Source of the DNA: Lama guanicoe
Taxonomy: Eukaryota
Assembly: GCA_013239625.1 (NCBI GenBank)
Contig: MU054212.1
Span: 9,100,898 to 9,164,897, forward strand
Length of the DNA stretch: 64,000 bases
Direction of reading: 5' to 3'
A model generated the notes under the pieces. That model was not told where the DNA came from. It was given only the letters and a program-made list of their open reading frames with translations, and did no database searches. Below, piece by piece: positions 14,340 through 26,700 of the stretch. Positions within the stretch are counted from its first letter, which is position 1; every line of letters begins with the position of its first letter. The position numbers were made by a program, and so were the translations under genes.

Positions 14340-14860
14340 ATTCTTTTAAATGTCTTATAAAATATTAAAAGTATAAAAGGGACATATAAAGACAAATCAG
14401 ATACCTGTGGACACACTGTTCACTTAAAGAAATCAAGCTTAGTGTTGCTGAAGCTGCCGTGCATCACGCCCTGCCGTTACATCCTCCTCCTCCCTCCAGA
14501 GGTGGCTCCTGTCCCGACTGCTGTGCATAGTGACCTCTAATCCTTACACAGTACTCTGTATGTGGAGAAAACATTTTGTACATGTGTTACATGTGGTTTT
14601 CCATGATTTGGCCAGATAAAGACTCATCCTTGTGTATTGATTTTTGTCGTAGAGTGGCTGTTTGTGTGTGGACACACACAGTTTCATGAGCCATCTGATG
14701 ATGGACACTTAAGTTGCCTCAATTTTCCACATTACAAACATAGACATTATAAAAATTCCTGCACGTATTTCCTTGTGCATGTGTCTGAGAGTTTCTCTGG
14801 GCTAGAGTGTGCTGCTATGACAGAAGTTACAGGCCTATGAGGTTGGTAATTATGTTTTAT
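14340..14860 (-). mobile_element. Ancient L1 (L1ME-like) 3' fragment
   Basis: ctgatgatggacacttaagttg...aattcctgcacgtatttccttgtgcatgtgt...agtttctctgggctag. Confidence 0.55.
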
Positions 14861-16094
14861 GGAGCTAAGTTTCATAATCTCTCTGGTTTTACCTGTTCTC
14901 TGGGAGAAGTGTTGCTTTATGTCTCCAGATATATATTAAAAACATCTTTATTTGATTCTTAATAGGAGAAAAGCACCATAAATTGCATCATTAATCACAT
15001 TTACTGAAATTTAAATGACAGTCTGGAACCTTCCTGGTTAATGCATATAGCTATGCCTTAGTTACCTAGAATTAAGGGAGCCCTTTAAAGTTTCAGAATT
15101 GATTTTGGCGCCATTCATGATTCCTTATGCATAAAGCCACTGGCTAAGAGACTTCTGTGCTTGTCCTGTGTGACCCCTGGGCCACACAATCCAGTGAATT
15201 GGCATATTGGGTGGCAGGAATATTTGGGGAAATCATTCCTTCATTGGGACAATCAGCAAAAACCTAAGTGTGTGTGGAAGAAGTGGCAAACTATAAATAC
15301 ATCCCCCTGTTTCACCTCCCTGAGCTGAATCCTCCAAATGTCCATGATAATTTTACCACCTGCCATGTGAGAAAGTGTGATGGAGGGACCCAGGGTGGAT
15401 TGGGACCAGGGTCCTATGTGATTGTGTTAAAGTACCTTTCTTTTGCAGATAAACATAAGGCCATCAGAACACATTGCTACGGCCCCTCCCAAGGTGTGGG
15501 AAGGGGCCTTGCAGGAGTGAGGGGCTCTGGTGCCGATAACCTCTGTCCCATAGCATGAATTGTACTGACCTCCTCAGGGAGGTATGCTTGAACCTTACTT
15601 TTCTTTGTGGAATGGAAGCACGTGTCTACCGAAAAGGAAAAGTTTCAGCCAGCTCGGGAGACGCATGCTTTCCAAAGTCCTGTTCCTTCTTGGGCCCCTG
15701 AAATCATACCCTCGATGCAGCAGACTTCGTCACCTGCTTGTGAGTCTGAGTTTGAGGAAAGTGACGCGTTTGAGTGGGCCTCATCTCGGCGAGATGAAGT
15801 AGCATGAAGAGGGATACACGTTGCTGAAATTCGTCACTGACATAGAAACCCTGCCTGCTGCTGCTCCTGTGCCCCTGTGACTTGCGCATCCCCTGCTAAA
15901 GCCCGTGCTCCTGTAAGCTGACCTTGCAGCCAGAGCTCGCCCCAGAGGGAGCTGCAAGGCCCTACTGGGATTGCTGAGGGTGTAAGTACACAGTATCCAC
16001 TGATGGAAGTCATGGCAGGTAGCTGTATCCTTTCCAATGGTTCTATGATTTCCCTCGGGAGGGCGTTACCAGTAGTTACTTGAGCTTGCAAGAG

Positions 16095-16285
16095 TCAAAT
16101 GTGTATTATAACCTCTCAGTGGATTCTCACTGCAGCCCCGTACGAAGAATCAAGATGGTGACTTTTTTTTTTCAGAGGAGGAATTTGGAGCCCCAGAGGT
16201 CAAATCACTTGCACAGAGTTGCTTGTTTGGTAAGAGGCAATGCCACCTGGCCTCAAACCCAGGTTTCTTGACTTCAGGGCCCAGA
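16095..16285 (-). mobile_element. MIR SINE
   Basis: ttttcagaggaggaatttggagccccagaggtcaaatcacttgcacaga...tcaaacccaggtttcttgacttcag. Confidence 0.7.
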
Positions 16286-16989
16286 CTTGCGACCACTTCC
16301 CAGGCCTACCCCTGCTTCGTTTTTTCCAAGGCTGATGGTGGAACAAAGGGTCTGGGCCTTCATTCTCCCTTCCTGACAGCTGCGGGGCTCCATCCATTTG
16401 GATGAGGTGGGTCCAGCCAAATGGGCGTAGCAGGGTGCCTGGTGCCGAGCAGATGCTCCTGGCTGCTGGCGTGAACGGATGCGTATGTCAGTCCTGGGAA
16501 AAGCAAGAGAGCTCGGGCCACATGGCGGCAGCGCCCCTCACAGGGAGCTGCACAATGTGCTGCTAAGTCTAGAGGGAGGCCTGCAGCGAAGCCAGACGCT
16601 CGTCTTCAGTTAAAACTTCTAGTTTGTTTCCCCTTTTTGTCCACTTGTAAAGAGTAGCTGGTTTTGTTTGTTCATTTTTGGTTGAAGGAAAATCTTTAAT
16701 TATAAGGTATGAAGTCATGCTTGTCAACTTTTTTTTTATTATTATCATCTCCCTCAGGAGCCTTACAATACATTTTTTTCTTAAACCACCCCCACCCACT
16801 CCCATGAAGTTTTAATGCCACAGGGACCCTGTGTATCTGTGACATACTGTGTCCCTGTAGAGGACCATAAACCATGGTAACATCTAGGGTGTCTGCCCCC
16901 AAGAACCATTTCTCTTGGTTCTTGCCCCTGTTGACAGTGCATGGTCTAAAGTGTTTATCCAGGTTCAGTAGCTGGTGACATGTGAAATG

Positions 16990-17285
16990 CTCATATATTT
17001 ATAGAAATGAAAACAAAGCGCGCGCCAGTGACAGCCCGTCATGACCGTTGGCGCGGCAAAACAATCAGCTCTAATGAATGTGTGATTACAGCGGCCAGGA
17101 AATAGCTATTAAATAGATTTGAGTCTAAGGTGTTGGCCGCGGAGGCGGGGTGGGTGGCGGCGAGGTCCGTGGACGCACAGCCTGGTGACCTCGTCAGCTC
17201 TGCCAGGGCCGCGCTGGTCTTAACGTTTGTTTGTGTGCGGGGACCCGCCCGGCACTGTTAGAGCAGACACCCGCCCCGGGAGGCT
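16990..17285. promoter_or_regulatory. CpG-rich non-repetitive segment; candidate intronic enhancer
   Basis: Local cluster of CpGs (gcgcgcgc, ggcgcggc, ccgcggaggcgg, gccgcgc) plus SOX-like (aacaaag, aacaat), TGACAG and near-MEF2 A/T motifs. Confidence 0.4.
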
Positions 17286-17367
17286 GAGCTGCTTTGAGAT
17301 TTTCTGCTATGGATATCAGGCCATTGTTTTTTAGCCAAGTACTGTTTTGATATGATTTCATTTTTAC

Positions 17368-17705
17368 TAGTTTTATTGTAGTACAATAGACGTAACATAC
17401 AACTTGCCATTTTAACTCTTCTTAATTGTACAATTCAGTGACATTAATTACCTTTACGAGGTTGTACTAAAATCAGCGCTATTTCCAAAACGTTTCCATC
17501 ACCTCCAAACAGAACCTCTGTACCCATTAAGCAGTAATTCCCCGTTCTCTCCTTCTCCAGCCCCTTTTCTGGTCTCTGTGAATTTGCCTATTTTCAAAAT
17601 TTCATGTGAGTGTAATCACCCAATATTTGTCTTTTTGTGACAGGCCTATTCCACTTAGCATGATTTGTTTTTCAAGGTTCAGCCGTATTGTAGCATGCAT
17701 CTGCC
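17368..17705 (-). mobile_element. L1MB-like 3' end fragment
   Basis: tttttattgtagtacaata...ttgccattttaac...tgtacaattcagtgacattaa...ctctgtacccattaagcagtaattcccc. Confidence 0.8.
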
Positions 17706-18951
17706 TTGATTTTTAAATGTGTCTCTGTGTTAAACATGTTCACACATATTTCAGCTTTTTGGAATGCAGATAACAGAGTGGACATGCACAATCAACCTAG
17801 AGATTTGATTATTATTTATTTTTCTCTTTTTGAGGGAAGTTCATTCTTTTTCTTTGAGTATCACCAATGTAGAGCTGACAGGAATGAATGAGTCATAATA
17901 GGGTTTCTGGTTCTCTATTATGTGTATTTTGATTTTGTTCTAGGTCATAAAATAGACATAAAATAATATCATAGAATACATTTGGCAAGCCTGTCATGCT
18001 TCTAAAGAATTTAGGTTTAACTAAATTGTAGGCAAGTAACTAGTACACAGGATCCACATTTTTAAAAAGTCCTTGAAATCCCACTGTGGGAATCCACAAT
18101 AAAGTCCTTTGAGAAGATACTAAGGGATTGTCAAAATTTAAAAATCTTTATTGTATTATGTGATGTCATGATTTTTAAAATACTGTGTAAAAGTGAAACT
18201 TTGAAACTGTGCGTATCGGACAGACACCCAGGTAAAGCTTGGCTACAGACATGAGGCGGCCCCTGGACCATTTGCGCAGCCAGCGGGGCTGGTGCGCACC
18301 AGCGCCACCTGCCTGCTCCCTGCCCACAGTTCTCCGCCCTGGTTGAGAGCATGGAGACGGGTCATCTGGAAGTGGGAGCTGGTTTCTTCTCTGGTGGCCT
18401 TTGGGTTTGATTAGAAGCAGGTACTGACAGTGAGCTCGGAGAGCTCCGTACCTCACCCAGGCTCAGCCCTGTCTTAGGTGGTGGTTTGGTTTAGCATCGA
18501 CCAGTGGTTCATGGCCCTGGCTGTGCAGGCCGATCACCTGTGGAGCTCAGACAAGCAGGGAAGATGGGGTCATGCACACAACCAATTAAATCAGGTACTG
18601 AAGAGTATGGGGATCTGTAGAGTAAGGCTTCGAGGCAACAATTTTCCCCTTAGGACCCTGAGGAGGGTCAGGGCCTTGGATGCTGGCAGCCGATGTAATT
18701 GCAGGACGCAGGTCCTTTTCAGGGGGCAGTAGAGGGGCCACCCTGCAGGGGGCAGCAGCAGTGCCCTTCTAGACGTGGACTCACTAGCCGTGGGCAGGAT
18801 TTCAGTAAGTTCGGAAGTTTAGTAAGCTGGGGTTTTTTGGGGAAGTTAAAATTCTACACATACGGAAATCCGACTTAGAAATACAGAATTAATATACTTG
18901 AAAAATTCTCCGATTGCTTTAAGCAGTGCCCCAGAGTAAATTTCTGACTTT

Positions 18952-19065
18952 CTTGTATTGAAGTATAGTCAGTTTACAGTGTTGTGTCAGTTTCTGGTTT
19001 TCAGCATAATAGTTCAGTTCAAGATGTGCAGATGCTAACTACTATATGTAAAGTAGCTAAACAGC
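18952..19065 (-). mobile_element. Tiny L1 3' insertion with internal inversion (twin priming) and TSD
   Basis: Antisense tip attgaagtatagtcagtttacagtgttgtg is followed by a sense 3'UTR piece agatgtgcagatgctaactactatatgtaaagtagctaaacagc. Flanks are aaatttctgacttt and aaatttctgatttt. Confidence 0.75.
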
Positions 19066-21611
19066 AAATTTCTGATTTTTATCGCATCTCATCTGAAATG
19101 CAGGTATAAACACTTATTAGAAGAGCGCCTCCTAGTGCTGGGAACTTGCCATTACACCCCCACAAGGGGCTTTAGAGTAACGTTATGGAGATGTAGAACT
19201 TTGGAGCTAAGAGGCTCTTGGAGGTCTTCAGGATAAACCTTGTATCTCTCAGATGATGGAGTGAAAGTCCAGAGAGATTAATTAGCATAACACAATCAAC
19301 AAGAACTGCCTGACTATCAGCTACCTGAGTGCTAATACCTCATCTCGTTTCATCACTGACAACGTGGAATCCAGGTTGGATGCATCTTCCATTTTACAGA
19401 TGTGTAAACTGAGGCCCAGGGGGGCCTGCATGCACTTTTTTTAGAATGAGGAAACGTTAGAGACAACATGGAAACCAGCTTCTCCCGGGGTCAAAGTCCT
19501 GTGAGTTTTCCTGGATGCTGCTCTGTCCTGAAGGCAGAAATCAGCAGAGCCATTGGTTACCTTTTCTCATGCCCCGGAAGCTCATCTGTCTTCTGAAAGT
19601 TAAGTATGCCACATCCTTTAACATATGGCTCTGTTGTCTTTGTCCGTGAAACCTCCTCTAATTACTCAGGCTCCTACCAACCCCACCTTTCTCTGAGTTG
19701 GGGGTTTAGGAGCTCCATACCTCCCTGCTTGGGCTTGGTCTCCCCAAGCCTCCTGCCTCTTGCCTCTGTGACAAAGGCTTACACAGGCAAACCACTCGGA
19801 GGGGATGCCTCCTGCGTGTCCCCTCGCTAGGCCAGGGGAGGAGCTGCTTCTCCCAGGGCCACTGTCAAGCCAGCCATTGTCACTGACTCACGGCGCCACC
19901 GCAGGTCCCTGTGGGGGAAAAGCAGGGTTAGATTGAGTCTGTGAGGCGAGCAGGTTGGTTCAGCCACTGCTGGGCCTGGGGAGTCTCTGTCTGGTTCATT
20001 TCATCTCTGGCTCCGAGATGCTTTGGGAGGACTGTGTACTTCCACTGGTATTTCACTGGACGTAAGTCCTGGAGAGCATTATAGAACAGATAATTTAAAG
20101 GACTGTTTTTCTTTTCATAGAGAAATTAGGAGTCTGCCAGAATTTCTTAGGGGCTCAAAACCTGCTAATCTGTTAAACCTTTCTTCATGCCTTTGGTTCC
20201 TGCTTATCTGAAAAATGGGGGAATGTGGAATGAGCGAGACTGAGCCGAGGTGTAACTGAGGCCACAGCCGCCCCAGCGGTACTAAGGCTGCTCCTGCATT
20301 GGTGACTCATGAGGGCTTACTTTTAAACCTTTAGCATGGGAATCTGGGATTCAAACTTTGCTGCTCCCGGGAAGGTGAAGGAATAGGGCAGAAACAGATC
20401 AGTCCAATGAGTGGCGTCGGAGGCGAGAAGAGGCTGCAGAGAGCTTGGCCGCGTGACGCCCTGGTGGGACGGTCCCTCAGAAAGAGCCCCACCAACCATC
20501 CAGAGGACCCTCTCTCCTCTGAGAGTTTCTGATTAAGCTTGCAAGTGTTAAGAGAGGCCCTTAGTCCTGATTCACTTTAAAATTTATCTTGGGGACCTTT
20601 TTCAGGAAACGGGCATTTCAGGGCTGGAGAGAGTTTGGTAAATTTTTCCAAGAATGCCATCGAAAATTTGCATTGCAAATACTGCTGAACGTCAGCAGGG
20701 GACTCAGAACTTTGACACCTTGTTGGAGCTCTTTCTGCTGATTAAATTCTTGTCTCCGGTCTAGAATTGGCAGCTTACTCTCCTTAATTTTTGAGGCAGT
20801 GATCAGCGTTGAAAGAGTACTTCTTTGACAGTTGCCCTTGGGGGAAACTAGGCCTGGGCTTGTTATTTAGGGCAGACAGTTACGTGGAGGAGAGAACTTA
20901 ATTAGGCAGAGTCCAAGGCCTCCACTTAGTTCCAAGAATGTCAACATTATCAGCCTCTTTTCTACACTTACTGTGGGCTTTGGTGCATAATGGAAATTGG
21001 GGACTGGCAAATCCATTTCACAGTAAAGAAGAGTAAATTTTATGGTCTGATTAAAATAAGTTGAAATCCCCCCCCCCTTTTTTTTTTAAGATGAATTCGC
21101 TCTTCCCAGGAGATAAGGTTTTAGTGATAAGAATGTTTTTTCCCCCCTCTCTGGAGGTAACTTTGTGTTCAAGAACTCTCACCACTGCAGATTGTCAGAG
21201 TCACCACTGTGCTCTGGTTTAAGAAAGTTGTGCTAATTTTGTGCTTCCATGGCCTCCAGGAGGAACTGAATGTGCCCAACAACACAGCAACATCCTCTTC
21301 ACTCCCAATGGGCAAGTCACAGGTCTCCTTCCTCTTAAAAAAACAAAACAAACAAACAAACAAACAAAAACCCCCACTGATAATGGTTTGTAGCAGAAAG
21401 TTGCTCTTATGGTAAGGTAATTTTTTTTTAAATTTTTCAGACATTTGGTCTACATTTTCTGTACTTTTGGTTGAAATAAAGAGGAGTTATTTGCAGTCAC
21501 ATCGTTAAGTGGTAAAAAATACATGATCTGATGAAAATGGCTGTAGTATAGGCTTTCTTTCCTACTGCTTTTGTGAAAAGAAAATCAAGTTCAAGAGTGA
21601 GAGAAGGCAGT

Positions 21612-21838
21612 TGAGTAAGTCTAGAGTTCCAATGTACAGGCCCAATGACTGTAGTTAATGATACTGTACTGAATTCCTGAAATTGCTAAGAGAGTGGATG
21701 TTGGCTGTTCTCATCACACAAAAATGGTCCCTATGTGAGCTGTGTTCATTGGCTTCACTGTCTTAATCATTTCACTCTATAGGCACGCCACATCATCATG
21801 ATGGGCACCTTAAATATATACAACTTTTATTGAAAAAT
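21612..21838 (+). mobile_element. L1MA-like 3' end
   Basis: gactgtagttaatgatactgtactg...ctgaaattgctaagagagtggatg...ttctcatcacacaaaa...caccttaaatatatacaacttttatt. Confidence 0.8.
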
Positions 21839-22849
21839 ATATGTTTAAAAGTTCAGGAAAACAGAATGATCAAGTAAATGGTACACAGTGGAAGCAATGA
21901 ATGGATCTAGGTAAAAGGTACAGGGGCAAGCAAGAGTTCCTTGTGCTATTTCTACAACGTTTTTCTAATTTTGAAATTTTATCAAAATTAAAAGTTACCC
22001 CAAAATGCAAAAAGAAAGAAAAGATAGAGGGGAGGTGATGCATGAAGGTCAGTTGAAATCAGACTTTAGTGGGAGAAACCTTTTGTCTCGTGGTGGAACT
22101 TGAGGGTGAAATACACAAGAGGATGCTCAGTTTACAAATAGAAGCCTTGTCCAGGTCATAAAAAAGGGCTAATTTATAGTCAAATGTATGATATGCCTGT
22201 AGTTATTTCTGGGCATTAAAAAAAAACCCCAACAACATTGCATTAAAACTATTTTGGCCTAAACTGAATAATTCTCTTAAGAAGGTAATGCAGCTTTGGT
22301 CTCTCCGAGCTCATTTACAGAGTACATGTGACCTGTAATTTCGCTGTAATATTGACTGAAAGGAAAGAATGGATGTGGGGTTTATTAAAAGACTAACTCA
22401 GGGCAGCATTGTTTAAGAACTCTTTGTTTAAAAAGTCAGATGACTCTGGCAGGAAGGAATTAGCTTTCAACTTCTTCCCTGGCATTTTTAGTATCTTTGG
22501 CCAAAGGAAGGGACGTGAACAAGCAGGCAAATAATTGAAGTGGGATTGTTTTTTTGGAGTTGTTGTCACCGATGTGTAAGAAATTCTTTTTTGAAAAAAT
22601 TTCATCTAGCTCTGGTTTGTAGAATGAATATATATTTTATATGTAAGAACTTCTTTGAAAAGCAAGGCACATATAACTAACTCAAAATGGATAAGCTTAG
22701 GATTGAAGCCCTTAATGGGAACAGAAAGTTCAGAGGCACAGGAGCCCAGATGGGGTGGAGGAGAAGCTGAAACGTGGGCGGGGGAAGGGGGTTGGGGGGA
22801 GGGGCCTTGTCCCGAGGCAGGAGGGAGTCAAAAGGTCTTCCACATTCAG

Positions 22850-23130
22850 TTGACATGGTTAATGCTTTGGAAAATTCAGTGGTAATATCTTTCATGGATT
22901 AGAAAAAGACTGGGATTTGAGATAGGTGGACCAGCCAGATCACAGTTGCTATAATCCGAGAGAGACAGTGGAGGCTGGACCTGAGGCAGTGATGGAGGGA
23001 AGAAAAGGTGAATTTGAGGCCAGTTCCAGAGGAAAATGGAAGGAACTAGATGACTCACTGAAGGTGGAGGTGAAGAGAAGGGAAGGACTTTGGAATAATA
23101 GATTCCAAACTTTTGTGGCTGAGAGCTATA
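22850..23130 (-). mobile_element. L2 fragment
   Basis: ttgctataatccgagagagacagtggaggctggacctgaggcagtgatgga...ggaactagatgactcactgaaggtggaggtgaag. Confidence 0.65.
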
Positions 23131-23729
23131 GAAAAAAAAATTCACATTTATATAAAATAGAGCAAAAATAGGAACAGTCCTTACCTTAAATGAAATGCAC
23201 TCTGTTTTCTATTCTGTTTTGTTTCCTGAAAAAAAAAAACCAAAACAAACACTGCTGATCTGGACTCAATCAATTTCATAACCCACTAGTGGTGTTTGAA
23301 AACGCAGATGGGCAGTGAGCTCCGGTGTCTAGAGTGATTGGGTGATTGGGTCCTTGTAACAGAGCCCCTGGGAATCCATAGCTGTGGGCAGGGTGGGGGG
23401 CATCAAGTATTAAAGGGGAAGTAGTTAACCCTACCAGTACTGCTTTCAGCAAAGCATCTGAGAGTTATCTTTTGCCTGTGTTATGGTTCCTTTTAGAAGA
23501 TCCTTGCACTAAAAGGGTTCCAGCTTTAAGAAAGAAAGGAAAACAAGAATGAAGGAAAATAAGAAGGGAGAAGAAGAGAAAGGAAGAAGAGAGAAAGGAT
23601 TGAAAACCATGGGGTTAGAAAGTTGAGGAAAGTTCTGAGTGGATCCCCAGCTGAAGGGCTTGCTCGCTCCAGGCTTTGCTCGTTCTTCCGTGTTGCTGCT
23701 GGAGTTCTTATTCTAAAAGCAGATCAGGG

Positions 23730-26700
23730 AGGGGTTCTGCCTGAGATGGTGTAAGCACACACGAACCTGTCTCTCCTATTAAGTGTGACTATAAACCTGG
23801 GGAAAATACAGAAAGCAACTATTTGAGCACTTTGAAGAGTAAACGGTAGCAGACAGATTGAGGAAGAAGACTAGAATTTGAAATAGCATTGTGATGGTGC
23901 TCTTAATATTTATCTTCTGGTATTAACTGGTCTGGACTCAAATCAGCCCCAAACCCAAAAGCGGCCATCAGTGTAGACAGAGTTCCAGAAAAGTCTTCTA
24001 ACTTCTGGCTTATATAGGAGCAAAAGGGACTCCAAACACTAAGAGTGTAGAAGTCCCCCATGTTTCTCAGTCTTTTCTCTGTTATCTTGAACCCCTGCCC
24101 CAGGTGATCCCATGGTGAGAGCAGCTGTGATAATAATGTGAGAACAGCAGGGTCCTGCAGGCACCTGAAACTCAGAGAAGGAGGCATACACTTTTGATTA
24201 AGAAGAGTTGTATTTACAGGAGGGTTGGAGTGAACTCCTTTTGTGTTTTCTCCCTCTTTGTTCTCCCACGACTTGGCCCCAGATGTGGACAAAGTCACAA
24301 AAAGTAAGTGGCAGAGCAGGATAAATAATGGCCCGGCTCTCTGGTTGAAGGACTAAGAAGGGGGGCCTCAGGAAACCTTAAAGTATCAGGGAGATAATGG
24401 ACAAAGAAGTTCAGTAAAGTGACCTGCGAAGTGTTTTTATGAGCCCCTGGGCTCATTACAAACTACACATGTGAATCTGACCCTAAACAGCACACTAAAG
24501 ACTTTGAGACCTGGTAGACCGCTGCCCAGGTAGAGTCTCTGGGTAACAGCTATGCAGGACCAATCCAAATGGCACAGCAGGGGCTTTGAAAACTGAACTG
24601 GCATTGGAACCACAGCCTGTAAAAGGCAAGTCAGACCTTGTGGCCTAAGTTAACCAGGTTAATTGCCTGCTTAAACAAAAATGTCAGCATTTTCTGTAAC
24701 ATTTAAGCAACATCCAGAGTCTTAGAATCTTTTTAGATGTCCAGGATATAAGCCAAAATTAGTTGGCATACAGTAAACTAGGGCAATTTCAACCTGCGTG
24801 AGAAAAGACAGATCAATAGACCCCAGTGCCAAGGTGACACTGATTTTTGGATTTGAATGGAAAGATAGGAAGTCTCAGGAAAAAAAAAAAAGAAGAAGAT
24901 ACTAAAGAAGAACCAAATAGAAAATTCAGACATGAGAAATACATTAACCAAAACAAAAAACTCACTAGATAGGCTCAGTAGCAGATTAAAAATGATGTAC
25001 CAATCATTATATTAAATGTAGCTGGCCTAATCACAGCAATTAAAAGACAGAGATTATCAGAATGGATACAAAAAACAAGACCCAATGAAATGCTGCCTAC
25101 AGAAAACTCACCTTAACTATAATGGTATAGTTAGTTTAAAAGCAAAAGGATACAGACATAAATACCATACAAATAATGATCAAAAGAAATCTGTATTAAT
25201 ATTAGACTCCGCACAGTAAAGAAAATAGCAAGGGATGGGGGAAGGTTACAGCTCAGTGGTAGAGTGCCTGCTTAGCATGCACAAGGTCCTGGGTTCAATC
25301 TCTAGTACTTCCATTACAGAAAGAAGGAAGGAAGGACGGAAAGAAAGAAACCTAATTCCCCCCCCCAAATTTAAACAAATAGCAAGGAATAAAGGAGGAT
25401 GTTATAGTGATAAAAAGGGTCAAAGGGTCAATTCACCCAGAAATGGAAAACCTACAGAGCTTCAAAATACATAAAACAAAAACCGAGAGAACTGAAATAA
25501 GAAATGGACAATCCTCAGTTATAGTTGGAGACTTTAACATTCCTCTTTAGTAATCGATAGAACTGGTAAACTGAAAATCAGCAAAGCTATAGTGTAACTG
25601 AACAGCACCATCAACCAACTAGTTCTAAGTAACACTTTTAGAGCATTCTACCCACTATAGCGGAATACATATTCTTTTCAAGTGCATGGAAAACATTCAC
25701 CAAGACAAAGCATATCCTGGAGTATAAAAAATAACAAATTTAAAAGAATTGGAATCATGTATTTTCTGACCATAATGGAATTAAACTAAAAATCAGTTAC
25801 AGAAGGACAACAGGAATGTCTCCAGATACTTGGTAATTAGCAACATGCTTTTAAATAATCCATATGTTGAAGACGAATCCTCAAATGGAAATTAGAAAAT
25901 ATTTTGAACAAAATGGAAATGAAAATACAAATAGAAATTTATGTGATGTAGTTGAAGCAGTGCATGGAGGGAAATTTACAGCCTTGCCTACTTCTATTAG
26001 AAAAAAGGAGAATAATCAATAATATAAACACTTGCCTTAAGAAACAAGAATAAAAAAGTAAAAATAACCCAAGCAGGTAGAAGGAAGGAAATGATAAATA
26101 TAAGGGTAAAAACTAATAAAATTGAAAACATAAAAATAGAGTTGATATTAGTGGAATAAAAAGCTAGTTTTTTTTGAAAAGAAAAGCTAATAAGCAATAA
26201 TAGCAAAGAAAAAAGGAAAGAAGACACTAATTGCCAACATCTGTAATGACAGAGGGGGCTGTCATGACGGACTCCACAGACATTCAATGAGTCATAAGAG
26301 AATACTGTGAACAGCTCTAAGTAAATAAAATTGATACTTAGATGAAATGGGCCAATTTCTTAAAAACCACAAACTACCAAAATTCATCCAAGATGAGATA
26401 GATAACCTGACTAGCCTTATTGCTGTAACTGTTATTAACTATGACTTTTAAAGAAATTTGATTCGCAGTGAACAGTCTTCTGAAGAAGGAATCTCCAGGC
26501 CCAGATAGTTTCCTGGTAATTCTGCCAAACATTTAAACACAAAATAAAAAACCAATTTTACGTAATCTCTTCCAGAAAACAGAAGAGGAGGGAATGCTCC
26601 CCAACTCATTTTATAATGCCAGCATTACCATGATATGAAACAAAGACATGATATTACAGACTCATGAACAAAGATGCTGAAATCCTCAGCAAAATATTAA

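Noticed and set aside
18050..18115. Degenerate repeat atccaca...aaagtcctt around the palindrome tcccactgtggga
   Set aside because: Short and imperfect; compatible with chance or a small local duplication.
25237..25310. tRNA gene-like sequences (also at 30165-30238 and 50274-50345)
   Set aside because: They carry SINE tails, one has a clear TSD, and the three copies differ from each other. These are tRNA-derived SINEs, not functional tRNA genes.
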